Below, piece by piece: positions 18,499 through 27,745 of a stretch of 64,000 nt of DNA. Below the pieces are notes generated by a model that did no database searches, was not told the DNA's origin, and worked only from the letters and a program-made list of their open reading frames with translations. The DNA lies in IMG/VR virus record IMGVR_UViG_3300030673_000009; one strand, 5' to 3'. The first letter of the stretch is position 1, and every line of letters starts with the position of its first letter. This DNA comes from an uncultured virus (IMG/VR IMGVR_UViG_3300030673_000009) (taxonomy: Duplodnaviria; Heunggongvirae; Uroviricota; Caudoviricetes). The translations under genes and the position numbers were made by a program.

Positions 18499-18975
18499 AT
18501 GAACAGAACGATCGAGCAGGAAGCCAACCGCCAGGTGCGCTTCGCCTCACAGCTCGTTGAGGAGATCGACAGCACCACGGACGTCGACGCCGGCAAGGTG
18601 CTGGCTGTCCTGACATGGCTCAACGACGCCGGCCTGAGGCTGGCACCGGCCAAGGACGAGCGCGTGGGCCTTGCCGTGCGCTGGATGACGGATGACGAGG
18701 CCGAGCCGGCCAAGGAGCCCAGGACGGTGCTGGAGTCCATGCACGCGTTCCTTGAGGCCATCAAGGCCGCCGGGGAGAAGGTGTTCCCCGGAGGTGGGGC
18801 GATGATCATCGACATCATGAAGGTGCCCTGCGAGGACCCTGACTGCGAGAAGTGCAAGGCGTTCACCGACCTGGCCAACGCCCTCGAGGTGGACGCTGTC
18901 ACCGAGGCCGTCAGCCATGGCCACACCCTGGACCATGACTGCCCGGTCTGCGCTGCACGTGACAACGCTCAGTGA
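18499..18975 (+). CDS. Hypothetical protein with Cys motifs
   Basis: Strong RBS; CEDPDCEKC and CPVC. Confidence 0.7.
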   Translation: MNRTIEQEANRQVRFASQLVEEIDSTTDVDAGKVLAVLTWLNDAGLRLAPAKDERVGLAVRWMTDDEAEPAKEPRTVLESMHAFLEAIKAAGEKVFPGGGAMIIDIMKVPCEDPDCEKCKAFTDLANALEVDAVTEAVSHGHTLDHDCPVCAARDNAQ

Positions 18976-19789
18976 GGCACTGACCACTGGCCGAGGAGTA
19001 GAGCGCCCCTTCCGCTGTCAGGTGCACGACGACAGCAATGCCAGTGCGTCCGTGAACGTCCTCAAGGGCGTGTGGGTGTGCTATGCCTGCGGCGCCCACG
19101 GCATCGTGGACGGCGAGGCTGCCGTGCCCAGCGCCGAGGACCTGCTCAAGCTGCTCGCCGAGGATGAGCCGTCACGGCTCTACCCGGAGTCCTGGCTGGA
19201 CACCTTCGACGCCTTCGGTCCCTCGCCCTACTGGGAGGGCCGGTACGGCTACGCCATCGCACGAAGGTTCCGGTGCGGCACCCATCCCCTGACCGGGGCA
19301 CCGACCTACCCCGTGCGTGATGCCTCCGGGCAGATCTGCGGGGTGGTCATCCGGCAGGAGAACGCCGAGCCCAAGTACAAGTACCCGTTCGGGGCGCGGG
19401 TGTCCGAGACGTTCTTCGGCACCATTGCCCCCTGCAAGGTGGCCATCCTCGTCGAAGGGGCCTCCGATGTCATGGCCGTGGAGCAGCCCGGCCTGCCCGC
19501 TGACTGGCGGGTGTGGGGCTGCTACGGGTCAGGACTGCACTATCCGCAGGCCCAGATCCTCGCCGAGATGTCACCCGCCGTGGTGATCGCTGCTTTCGAC
19601 GACGACAAGGCCGGCCAGCTCGCGATCGAGCGAGCCCAATACACCCTGCAGGACATCGCCCCCGTCGTGTCACACCTCTGGGGGACTGTAGGGGGATCGG
19701 ACCCAGGCAACGTCGATGTTGATCGTCGCATCGAAAGCCTGAGGGAAACACTGCGCACCACGCCGTTCAAGGCACTCGCCAACACCTAA
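18959..19789 (+). CDS. DNA primase (CHC2 zinc finger + TOPRIM)
   Basis: CQVHDD...CYAC; LVEGASD; FDDDKAG; GTG start at 18959 inferred. Confidence 0.92.
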   Translation: MTTLSEALTTGRGVERPFRCQVHDDSNASASVNVLKGVWVCYACGAHGIVDGEAAVPSAEDLLKLLAEDEPSRLYPESWLDTFDAFGPSPYWEGRYGYAIARRFRCGTHPLTGAPTYPVRDASGQICGVVIRQENAEPKYKYPFGARVSETFFGTIAPCKVAILVEGASDVMAVEQPGLPADWRVWGCYGSGLHYPQAQILAEMSPAVVIAAFDDDKAGQLAIERAQYTLQDIAPVVSHLWGTVGGSDPGNVDVDRRIESLRETLRTTPFKALANT

Positions 19790-19799
19790 GGAGACCAGA

Positions 19800-20243
19800 G
19801 TGACCGACATCGAATACGAGGATCCAGGCATGACGGAGGAGGAGATATCCGCCATCTCCGTCGACCTCGACCGGCTCAGCAGGCTCAAGCTCGAGCGTGA
19901 CGCCATCGAGGCCGAGATCGACTACCTGCAGGCCGCCATGGTCAAGATCCTCGACGCCAGCCAGGTCAAGGAGATCGAGATCACCGACCGCGACGGCAAG
20001 CCGCTCAAGGCCACCGTCGTGACTGGAGCCACCAAGACGTTCGACCTCGAGGCGCTGGCCGACATGGACAAGTCGCTGGCCGACGCCGTGTCCAAGCGCG
20101 TCGTCGACCGTGCCCGGCTCGAGAAGGCCGAGGCCATGGGCCTGCTCGCCCAGCCCAAGTACCAGGGACTGTGGAAGATCAAGGCCAAGAGGCCCTACAT
20201 CCTGTTCACCGCACCGCGAGAGGAAGCAGTATCAGATGAGTGA
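19800..20243 (+). CDS. Hypothetical protein
   Basis: RBS, operon position, N-terminal coiled coil. Confidence 0.75.
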   Translation: MTDIEYEDPGMTEEEISAISVDLDRLSRLKLERDAIEAEIDYLQAAMVKILDASQVKEIEITDRDGKPLKATVVTGATKTFDLEALADMDKSLADAVSKRVVDRARLEKAEAMGLLAQPKYQGLWKIKAKRPYILFTAPREEAVSDE

Positions 20244-20586
20244 GGCACCGGAGGAAGAGATCGACCTTGACGAGATGTTCGGGGTCCAGCAGACCCCGGA
20301 CGCGAAGCTGATCGTCAAGGTGTCCTACGCCGACCTGTACGAGGGGCGGCCGTGGTACCCGGCGGTGGAGTACGGCGATGGTCCACGGGTCCTGCAGTAC
20401 GACGACCCGGAGGAAGGCACCATCACCGTCATCGAGTCCGAGGACGACCTGCGCAAGCGGGTCACGGAAACCGCAGTACGGGCACTGGAGGAGTCACGCG
20501 CAGCCTTCATCGCCCAGTTCGACAAGCAGAAGAAGACCCGAGCGGCCAAGAGGTCCGCACCAACACAAGAAGGAGACCAGCAGTGA
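20236..20586 (+). CDS. Hypothetical protein
   Basis: ATG at 20236 overlapping the upstream gene end. Confidence 0.7.
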   Translation: MSEAPEEEIDLDEMFGVQQTPDAKLIVKVSYADLYEGRPWYPAVEYGDGPRVLQYDDPEEGTITVIESEDDLRKRVTETAVRALEESRAAFIAQFDKQKKTRAAKRSAPTQEGDQQ

Positions 20587-21521
20587 GCACTGACAGTGGA
20601 TTCATCGTCCCGCGATCAGCAGCGATGGCGGGCAAGGAGGGCTGGGCGTCGTCCGGCGAGGGCTACGCCAACATCGCCCGTACCGTCAAGACGGGCAAGC
20701 CCGTCGTCGTCCGGTTCCTGACCAACCCGCTGGATGACAGCAGGGACGAGACGCAGGACTTCGTGTTCTACCGCGAGGTCGGTGCGTGGAACGGCCTCAT
20801 GGGTGGCCTGAAGACGCCCAACGGCATGAAGGAGTTCCCGGTCAATGACGTCATCTACTTCGAGGATGGCACCAGGGCCAGTGCGCCGCGTGGCACCGAC
20901 CTGCTCTTCGACTCGGTGCTGCCGGGCAAGTACGACCTGCAGAACGGTCGCAACCGTGCACAGGCCAAGGACGTGCTCGCGTTCAACGTCATCGCCGTCG
21001 ACGGTGACTGGGGCGAGCAGAAGGAGGAGTTCAACCCCAAGGACGGTCAGCACCTGATCGCCAAGCTGTCCGGCGCCAAGGGTCGCTCCCTGCTCGAGCA
21101 GATGGGCGCTCTGGCCGAGGACGAGGACGACTTCGATCCCACTGTGGGGGCGTGGCGGATCTCGCTGACCGGGTCGGGCACGCAGACCAACCTCATCCTC
21201 ACCCGCAAGACCAAGGGCATCACGCCCCTGGACTTCGAGCCGGAGATCATCCACCTGGGTCAGTGGCTCAATGAGCTGCGTGGCGCGGTGGATGCCTGGT
21301 GGGAGGAGGCCAAGGAGTCCGGCGGCAACGCCGAGGAGTTCATCGATGACGATCAGGAGCTCGTCGACCAGTTCGAGCAGGCGGTGTCCAATGCCCCTGA
21401 GGTCGACTACTCGGTGATGAGCCCGGCACGGCTGAAGAAGCTGCTCGCTGACGCCGGCGTCGACCTGCCCGCACGGGCAACCACGGCCAAGCTCATCGAG
21501 CTGGCCGAAGCCAACCTGTAG
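20583..21521 (+). CDS. Putative ssDNA-binding protein (gp32-like) with C-terminal helix-extension-helix-like domain
   Basis: VVRFL motif, acidic region, position between primase and polymerase; C-terminal YSVMSPARLKKLLADAGVDLPARATTAKLIEL. Confidence 0.55.
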   Translation: MSTDSGFIVPRSAAMAGKEGWASSGEGYANIARTVKTGKPVVVRFLTNPLDDSRDETQDFVFYREVGAWNGLMGGLKTPNGMKEFPVNDVIYFEDGTRASAPRGTDLLFDSVLPGKYDLQNGRNRAQAKDVLAFNVIAVDGDWGEQKEEFNPKDGQHLIAKLSGAKGRSLLEQMGALAEDEDDFDPTVGAWRISLTGSGTQTNLILTRKTKGITPLDFEPEIIHLGQWLNELRGAVDAWWEEAKESGGNAEEFIDDDQELVDQFEQAVSNAPEVDYSVMSPARLKKLLADAGVDLPARATTAKLIELAEANL

Positions 21522-21528
21522 TCAACAC

Positions 21529-21569
21529 GCTGAGGGGGTCGGTCCTAACGATGGATCGGCCCCCTCAGC
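21529..21569 (+). terminator. GC-rich hairpin after the SSB-like gene
   Basis: GCTGAGGGGGTCGGTCC/GGATCGGCCCCCTCAGC. Confidence 0.65.
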
Positions 21570-21588
21570 CATTCCCTGAGGAGACCAG

Positions 21589-21837
21589 ATGAGTGTAGAC
21601 AGGCCCAATGCCGGTAGGCGTTGGGGCAAGGCGCATTACGAGCAAGTAGCTCTCATGATCAGCGAGGGGTTCACGCATCAACAGATCGCGGACTGGTACG
21701 ACGTCAAGCGCACGACGGTTCACCAGTGGGTGACATGGATGAGGGCGAAAGGGATGCTCTCTGACGACTGCCCATATTGCCTGGCTCCGAAGGAGCACCA
21801 ACGTCGCAGTCCTTACTTCAAGAAGGAGACCAGATGA
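21589..21837 (+). CDS. HTH DNA-binding protein
   Basis: GFTHQQIADWYDVKRTTVHQWV. Confidence 0.75.
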   Translation: MSVDRPNAGRRWGKAHYEQVALMISEGFTHQQIADWYDVKRTTVHQWVTWMRAKGMLSDDCPYCLAPKEHQRRSPYFKKETR

Positions 21838-22082
21838 CCGAGTACCGCATCACGTTTGGCTCGCAGTACCGCCACGAGCCTCACCCATCAGCCCAATGGG
21901 CGCATCCTGATGGCTGGCTTGCCGTCATCACCGATGACCCGCAGCTCGTGCGTCCACTGACACTGTCCGTCGTCGGTCAGGCGTTCAGCTCCGACTATGC
22001 CCCTGATGACCCGTGGTACCCCACCGAAGAGCACTACCCACTGGGATGCCTCGCCCGCATCCGCCTCGAGATCCTCGAATAG
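21834..22082 (+). CDS. Hypothetical protein
   Basis: AAGGAGACCAGATG start. Confidence 0.7.
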   Translation: MTEYRITFGSQYRHEPHPSAQWAHPDGWLAVITDDPQLVRPLTLSVVGQAFSSDYAPDDPWYPTEEHYPLGCLARIRLEILE

Positions 22083-22089
22083 GAGACCC

Positions 22090-24777
22090 ATGCCGTATTG
22101 GTCCGCACACACCCACAGCCGGTTCAGCGCCAAGGACGCGCTCCCGGCCGTCGACAAGATCGTGGCTCGGGCCGCCGAGCTGGGATACCCCGCACTCGCG
22201 CTGACCGATCACGGGAACGTGGCCGGCTCGGCGCAGCTGTACAGGGCCTGCCGAAGTGCCGGCATCGCACCCATGCCCGGCATGGAGGCGTACGTGGCCA
22301 TCAACCGCCTAGAGGGCAAGCGGCCGGCATCCATGCACATGGGCCTGCTGTCCACCACCGAGCAGGGCTACCGCAACCTCGTGGGGCTGGCCAGCATGGC
22401 CCACCGCAACTTCCGCTACAAGCCGATGCTCGACTTCGGCGACCTCGCCTGGGCGGCCGAGAACGGCCTGCTGGACGGCGTGGCAGCCACGTCAGGCTGC
22501 TGGTTCGGCCTGGCTCCCGTGATCATGCGGGAGGGCTCCCTGCTGGGCGTGCGCAACGTCCTGGAAGCCCTGCGGGGCTGGTTCGGGGCAGGCCTGTATG
22601 TGGAGGTCCAGAACCACATGATCGTCGACGTCGACCACGACGACGACCTCTACGGGCAGCAGCTGTACGCCCTAGCCAAGGACCTGAGCCTGCCGATGGT
22701 GCTCACGCAGGACTCGCACTACTGCCATATCGAGGACCGGAGCGCCCACGAGGAGATGAAGCGCCTCATGTCGTGGTCCGACGATCCTGACGATGCTGTG
22801 TTCCCCGGTGATGGCTATCACATGGTCGACGAGGAATGGATGCGCGATCACCACGGAGATGCCATCTTCGAGGCGGGCATGGCCGGGCTCGACGACCTGC
22901 TCGTCAAGGCGCGTGTGTCCATTCCAGAGCTGGACCACTTCACGCTCAAGGTCCCCGACACCACGATCAGTGGTGACCCGGATGCCGAGATCGCCCAGAA
23001 GTGCACCCAGACGCTGGAGGAGTACATCGCCAGTGGAGCCATCAAGAAGGCCCATGCCGAGGCCTACCGTGAACGACTGCGCGAGGAACTGGAGGTGGTC
23101 CACGATGCCGGGTTCGCTGGCTACCTGCTGTTCACGGCCACGGTGACGGACTTCATGAAGCGGGAGGGGATCTTCTATGGTCCCCGTGGATCCGCCTCCG
23201 GGTCGATGATCGTCTGGCTGCTGGGCATCACCGTGCACGATCCGATCGTATGGGGATTGCAGTTCGATCGCTTCATCAGCCGCGACAAGGCCAAGCCGCC
23301 GGACATCGACCTCGACGTGGAGCACCTGCGCCGCGGTGAGGTGCTGGCCTGGCTGGAGGAGATGTACACCGTCAGCCACATCGGCTTGTGGATGAAGATG
23401 GGCCTGAAGGATGAGGAGGAGGACGAGAACGGCGAGACCACGCAGCGTGGATCACTGGTGGTCAAGTGGAAGTCGAACGCCCGCAAGCAGGGCAGGGACC
23501 CGAACGAACGCTTGACTGATGAGGAGTGGCAGGCCCTGGTGAGCATCGCCAGCCACACGCCCTACTCCAACTATGGGGTGCACGCCGGCGGCATCCTCAT
23601 CATCCCCGACGAGCACGCAGGATCGGGGATCCCCATCCAGTACGTGGCCTCGAGCAAGACCTTCGTCACGGCCTTCGACATGAACGACATCGAGCCCTTC
23701 GGCCTGGTCAAGCTCGACGTGCTGGGCCTGAAGACCATGAGCGCGATCAAGAGCATGGTCGACGTGGTCGGCATCGACATGGCGGACATCCCGCTGAACG
23801 ATCGCCGGGCCTATGCACGGATCGGGTCAGGGCAGACCGCTGGCATGTTCCAGCTGGAGGGCTGGACGTTCACCAAGGGCTGCTCGCGCATGAAGCCGAA
23901 GAACATCCACGAGGTCATCGCCGCGCAGGCGCTGTTCCGGCCTGCGGTGATGAAGTCCGGTGCGACGGACGAGTACCTCGAGCGGCGCAGCAAGGCCAAG
24001 CAGGTGCCCATCCGGCATCCGCTGATCATGGAGGCCACACGGGACACGTACGGCACGATCATCTACCAGGAGCAGGTCATCAACATCCTGAAGGCGATCG
24101 GCATGCCCATCGAGGAGATCGAGCGGGCACGCAAGGCGATCAAGGCCTCCACCGAGGATCAGATCGCCAAGGCCCAGAAGGTCATGCGGGACATCACCAC
24201 CACCATGCGGGCCAAGGGCACGGCGGCCGGGATGGACGAGCACGACCTGATGTTCCTGGACACCGCGCTCAACGCCTACGCCCAGTACGGCTTCAACAAG
24301 GCCCACGCCACCGCCTACGGGTGGCTGGCCTACATCACGGCGTGGTTCTCCGTGAACCATCCCGTGGCGTACTGGTCGAGCCTGCTCAATGCCTACGTCG
24401 GCGACAAGCAGGAGTCGGGCTACCTGAGCGCAGCACGCAAGGCCGGGGTGAAGATCCGCGGCCCGCACGTCAACCTGTCCAAGGTCGGGTACGTGGCAGA
24501 CCTGGAGAAGGGCGCCATCCGCAAGGGGCTGACAGCGATCAAGGGAGTGGGCGAGAAGTCCGCTACCGAGCTGGTGGCCAACCAGCCGTACACCTCGCTC
24601 GTGGACATCGGTGCGCGGGTGAACGCACGACGGGTCAGTGGTGCCAAGGCACTGCGAGACGGTCACTCTCCAGCAGCCTGCGGAGGGATCGTTGCGGCCC
24701 TGAACGAAGCAGGGGCCCTGTACGGGCTCGTGGAGCAAGCCGAACTGTTCGCACCGACCAAGAAGGAGAACGCATGA
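22090..24777 (+). CDS. dnaE: DNA polymerase III alpha-like (family C)
   Basis: PHP HTHSRFS, ALTDHGN; GPRGSASGS; catalytic PDIDLD; KLDVLGL; YGFNKAHA; HhH IKGVG. Confidence 0.96.
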   Translation: MPYWSAHTHSRFSAKDALPAVDKIVARAAELGYPALALTDHGNVAGSAQLYRACRSAGIAPMPGMEAYVAINRLEGKRPASMHMGLLSTTEQGYRNLVGLASMAHRNFRYKPMLDFGDLAWAAENGLLDGVAATSGCWFGLAPVIMREGSLLGVRNVLEALRGWFGAGLYVEVQNHMIVDVDHDDDLYGQQLYALAKDLSLPMVLTQDSHYCHIEDRSAHEEMKRLMSWSDDPDDAVFPGDGYHMVDEEWMRDHHGDAIFEAGMAGLDDLLVKARVSIPELDHFTLKVPDTTISGDPDAEIAQKCTQTLEEYIASGAIKKAHAEAYRERLREELEVVHDAGFAGYLLFTATVTDFMKREGIFYGPRGSASGSMIVWLLGITVHDPIVWGLQFDRFISRDKAKPPDIDLDVEHLRRGEVLAWLEEMYTVSHIGLWMKMGLKDEEEDENGETTQRGSLVVKWKSNARKQGRDPNERLTDEEWQALVSIASHTPYSNYGVHAGGILIIPDEHAGSGIPIQYVASSKTFVTAFDMNDIEPFGLVKLDVLGLKTMSAIKSMVDVVGIDMADIPLNDRRAYARIGSGQTAGMFQLEGWTFTKGCSRMKPKNIHEVIAAQALFRPAVMKSGATDEYLERRSKAKQVPIRHPLIMEATRDTYGTIIYQEQVINILKAIGMPIEEIERARKAIKASTEDQIAKAQKVMRDITTTMRAKGTAAGMDEHDLMFLDTALNAYAQYGFNKAHATAYGWLAYITAWFSVNHPVAYWSSLLNAYVGDKQESGYLSAARKAGVKIRGPHVNLSKVGYVADLEKGAIRKGLTAIKGVGEKSATELVANQPYTSLVDIGARVNARRVSGAKALRDGHSPAACGGIVAALNEAGALYGLVEQAELFAPTKKENA

Positions 24778-25166
24778 GCACCAAGCACCTACTCATCTGT
24801 GACGCCTGTAGCACAGAGGTGTCCGAGCAGGACAAGTTCCTGCGCGGCGGGCTGCCACCGATGTGGATGTCTGTCAGTAAGGACCCTGCAGCGTCCCCAT
24901 GGCATGTGTGCTCGTGGGACTGCCTGCGCTCGTTTGGCGACAGGATGGACCGCGAGAAGAAGGAACGAGAGGCAGCCCTTGAGCGCAGGGCAGCACAGGA
25001 CGGCATGCACCAGATCGCCACTGGCAAGTCTCAGTTCGATCGCATCACCCCGCACGCTGTCGACCACCCGAAGGACTGGGGCGGCACCGGTGGAGCTACC
25101 GAGGTTCACGAGATCCACTACGGGATCGGCAAGCCCGGCGATCCGCTTCCCCCGGACGCCGCCTGA
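24774..25166 (+). CDS. Hypothetical Zn-binding protein
   Basis: CDAC...HVCSWDC; coupled to the dnaE stop. Confidence 0.65.
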   Translation: MSTKHLLICDACSTEVSEQDKFLRGGLPPMWMSVSKDPAASPWHVCSWDCLRSFGDRMDREKKEREAALERRAAQDGMHQIATGKSQFDRITPHAVDHPKDWGGTGGATEVHEIHYGIGKPGDPLPPDAA

Positions 25167-25342
25167 TGGACCCGGATGTCTGCCTAGCCGAGATCCGCCT
25201 CATACTCGACGATCACGCCTCCGGGGAATGGGTGGACCTCGACCGTCTGACCCACCTGATCAACTCGATGGACGAATGGATATCCAGCGGAGGCTTCCTG
25301 CCCCAGGCATGGCGGGACGCCCACGCGCCACTGACGAACTAG
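25166..25342 (+). CDS. Small actinophage-type protein (58 aa)
   Basis: Own translation MDPDVCLAEIR...MDEWISSGGFLPQAW, a pattern I recognise from small actinophage proteins. Confidence 0.7.
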   Translation: MDPDVCLAEIRLILDDHASGEWVDLDRLTHLINSMDEWISSGGFLPQAWRDAHAPLTN

Positions 25343-25365
25343 CCCCACACCAACAAGGAGACCAG

Positions 25366-26211
25366 ATGACGATCGATCCACTGGACGCCATCGCAGCAGA
25401 GCGAGGGACGCCCAAGCCCATCACCACAGCAATCAACGCATGGAAGAACAATGGCAGCGTGTACGACTCTCGCGCTGTCGAGCGGGTGCAGGAGGTCATG
25501 CGCAAGGACCTGCTCACCGACCATCGCAGCCAGTCCGCCGGCCGCATCAGGCCGTCCATGATCGGCAGCGACTGCCGGCGCCTGCACGCCCTGTCCTTCG
25601 CCGGGTTCGAGAAGGCCGCATTCAGTGAGAAGTCCCTCGGCTTCATGGACTCCGGCACGTGGGCGCACTACCAGTGGCAGGCCATGCTGCTGAGCGCCTG
25701 GTACCAGGGCTACGGCGGCATCACCGACATCGAGGTGCCCGTCACCTACCGGCCGTGGAAGCTCGTCGGATCCATGGACGGCGTGCAGCCGGACCTGAGC
25801 ATCTTCGAACTGAAGACGTCCGGCTACTTCAAGTACTACGGCGGAAAGTACTCCATCGGCATGGCCAACGCCCCGGAGCCGACACTGGACCACCTCCAGC
25901 AGATCAATGGCTACATGAAGGCCAAGGGCGTGCAATGGGCGTCCATCGTCTACTTGTCCCGGGATAACAACAACGACTTCATCGAGTTCCGGGTGCAGTT
26001 CGACCAGGCTGTGTTCGATGCCAAGGACATGGCCATCCGATCCACCCTGAAGTCCGTCAGGGACGGCGAGCTGCCACCCATGCTCGAAGGCTGCCGGCGT
26101 GTCTGGGAGGGCGACACCCTCGACGGGGTCACCTCCGCCCAGAAGGCCACATGGGAGGGCGTGTTCGACCGCTGCGACTTCCACCACATCTGCCCGAAAG
26201 CGATCCTGTGA
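25366..26211 (+). CDS. Cas4-like PD-(D/E)XK exonuclease
   Basis: RPSMIGSDCRR, GSMDG, FELKT, QINGYM, C-terminal C...CDFHHIC. Confidence 0.85.
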   Translation: MTIDPLDAIAAERGTPKPITTAINAWKNNGSVYDSRAVERVQEVMRKDLLTDHRSQSAGRIRPSMIGSDCRRLHALSFAGFEKAAFSEKSLGFMDSGTWAHYQWQAMLLSAWYQGYGGITDIEVPVTYRPWKLVGSMDGVQPDLSIFELKTSGYFKYYGGKYSIGMANAPEPTLDHLQQINGYMKAKGVQWASIVYLSRDNNNDFIEFRVQFDQAVFDAKDMAIRSTLKSVRDGELPPMLEGCRRVWEGDTLDGVTSAQKATWEGVFDRCDFHHICPKAIL

Positions 26212-26531
26212 GCGAGGACGGCCTGATCCTCAAGGAAGAGGGGATTGCCCTCGCCCTGAGCAGGCATGCGCTGTTCGAGTGGAAGCGTGAGTTCCGCAGG
26301 GTCGTGCGGATGCTGGCCAAGAAGGGCTCTCCGTTCACCTCCGAGGACGTGCTGGAGTACACCGGCTTGCCCAACGGGGACATCGCCACGAACGCCAACA
26401 ACGCGGTGGGCGCCATGATGAACGCCATGGCCAAGGAGGGCTGGATCCGCAAGACGAACGAGCGGAGCAAGGCCACCCGGCCCACCTCCCACGGCCGCGA
26501 GCTCGCAGTGTGGGTGGGAGAGGACCTGTGA
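26208..26531 (+). CDS. Hypothetical (winged-helix-like) protein
   Basis: PFTSEDV...NAVGAMM...GWIRKT; coupled starts/stops. Confidence 0.65.
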   Translation: MSEDGLILKEEGIALALSRHALFEWKREFRRVVRMLAKKGSPFTSEDVLEYTGLPNGDIATNANNAVGAMMNAMAKEGWIRKTNERSKATRPTSHGRELAVWVGEDL

Positions 26532-27001
26532 CCGCCATGGGAATCGACTTCGGGGTCCGCAGGGTGGCTGTGGCCACCAACGACGGGGAGATGGTGGACG
26601 AGGCCCTGTTCCGGACGGTCCCGCCCGGGGTGGAGAACGACGTCGACGCCATGGACCTGATCTACCGGTACGTTCATGACCGGGTTTACTACGTCAGGCC
26701 GCAGCTGGTGGCCATCGAGAGCCCGATTCAGGGGCACTCGGCGAACATCAAGACCGGGCTGCGACTCGCCGCTGTGACGGGCGTGCTTGCAGTCGCCTGT
26801 AGGCACGCTGGATCATCTACGGTATCGGTGGCACCAGCAGAGTGGAAGAAGGCGGTCACGGGGCATGGGGACGCAGACAAAGAGCAGGTCAGCAAGTGGC
26901 TCTCCGACAATCGACCAGACTTGTTCGCCGCCTGCGACTCCCAGGACCTCGTCGACGCCACCTGCATGGCGCTATATGCCCAAGCCCTACTGGACCGATG
27001 A
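26528..27001 (+). CDS. ruvC: RuvC-like Holliday junction resolvase
   Basis: MGIDFG, VAIES, WKKAVTGHGDADKEQV, DLVDA. Confidence 0.92.
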   Translation: MTAMGIDFGVRRVAVATNDGEMVDEALFRTVPPGVENDVDAMDLIYRYVHDRVYYVRPQLVAIESPIQGHSANIKTGLRLAAVTGVLAVACRHAGSSTVSVAPAEWKKAVTGHGDADKEQVSKWLSDNRPDLFAACDSQDLVDATCMALYAQALLDR

Positions 27002-27272
27002 CGCCGACTGCCTGGGGTATCCGCTGGAGCCGTTCTTCGGCACCTTGGAGGACCCCCTCACAGCCAAGGAGGCCAAGCAGGCCAAGACCATCTGTGGAGC
27101 CTGCCCAGTGCAACGCGACTGCCTCATCTCTGCTTTCCGGGACGATGAGAAGTACGGCATCTGGGCAGGCTTCACTGCTGTCGAGCGCAGGCGCATGCTC
27201 AAGGACTCGGACAAGGACTGGCGCGTCGTCATCATGAAGTGGGACATGTGGATGGAAGGACGCACCGGATGA
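26976..27272 (+). CDS. whiB: WhiB-family Fe-S transcription factor
   Basis: C...FF...AKTICGACPVQRDC...GIWAG...ERR. Confidence 0.95.
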   Translation: MPKPYWTDDADCLGYPLEPFFGTLEDPLTAKEAKQAKTICGACPVQRDCLISAFRDDEKYGIWAGFTAVERRRMLKDSDKDWRVVIMKWDMWMEGRTG

Positions 27273-27745
27273 CTACCGCAATCCGTCAGCGCAAGAAGGC
27301 CGACGCCGCCATCAAGGCCGCCGAGCGGGCTGATGTGGCGCTGAGGGCATACAAGCTGCGCCAGCAGGGCTACTCCTGGTGGGAGGTCGCCGAGGACGTG
27401 CAGGTCTCCGAGGCCGTTGCCGGAAGGCTCATCAACGAGCAACTGGAGGAGGCGGCCCGGCTCATCGACGAGGGCACCAAGCGCACACTGCTGGCGCTCG
27501 AGGTCGACCGCCTGGACCAGCTGCAGAAGGGCATCTGGCGGCAGGCCATCTCCGGTGACCTGCGTGCCGTGGAGACCGTCCTGAAGATCATCTCCACCCG
27601 GGCCAAGCTGCTCGGCCTGGACGACATCACCATCAACAACATCACCAACAACACCGTGGTGATCGCAGGCAACGGCCCCGACTACGTGGAGGCCCTGAAG
27701 GCGTTCGCCACCTCCACCGCACCACTGGAGATTGAGGCCTCATGA
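27269..27745 (+). CDS. Putative terminase small subunit (N-terminal HTH)
   Basis: LRQQGYSWWEVAE HTH; LEVDRLDQL...GDLRAV...RAKLLGLD. Confidence 0.65.
   Translation: MTTAIRQRKKADAAIKAAERADVALRAYKLRQQGYSWWEVAEDVQVSEAVAGRLINEQLEEAARLIDEGTKRTLLALEVDRLDQLQKGIWRQAISGDLRAVETVLKIISTRAKLLGLDDITINNITNNTVVIAGNGPDYVEALKAFATSTAPLEIEAS

Noticed and set aside
18375..18560. Small CxxC-CxxC ORF after the helicase
   Set aside because: Plausible Zn ribbon but overlaps the next well-supported gene by about 60 bp; left uncalled
22090..24777. Intein or intron in polymerase (also checked terminase and helicase)
   Set aside because: Lengths are normal or short; no intein splice-junction or homing-endonuclease motifs seen
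25366..26211. Cas4-like gene as evidence of a CRISPR system
   Set aside because: No repeat-spacer array or other cas genes seen; solo Cas4-like nucleases are common in phage replication modules
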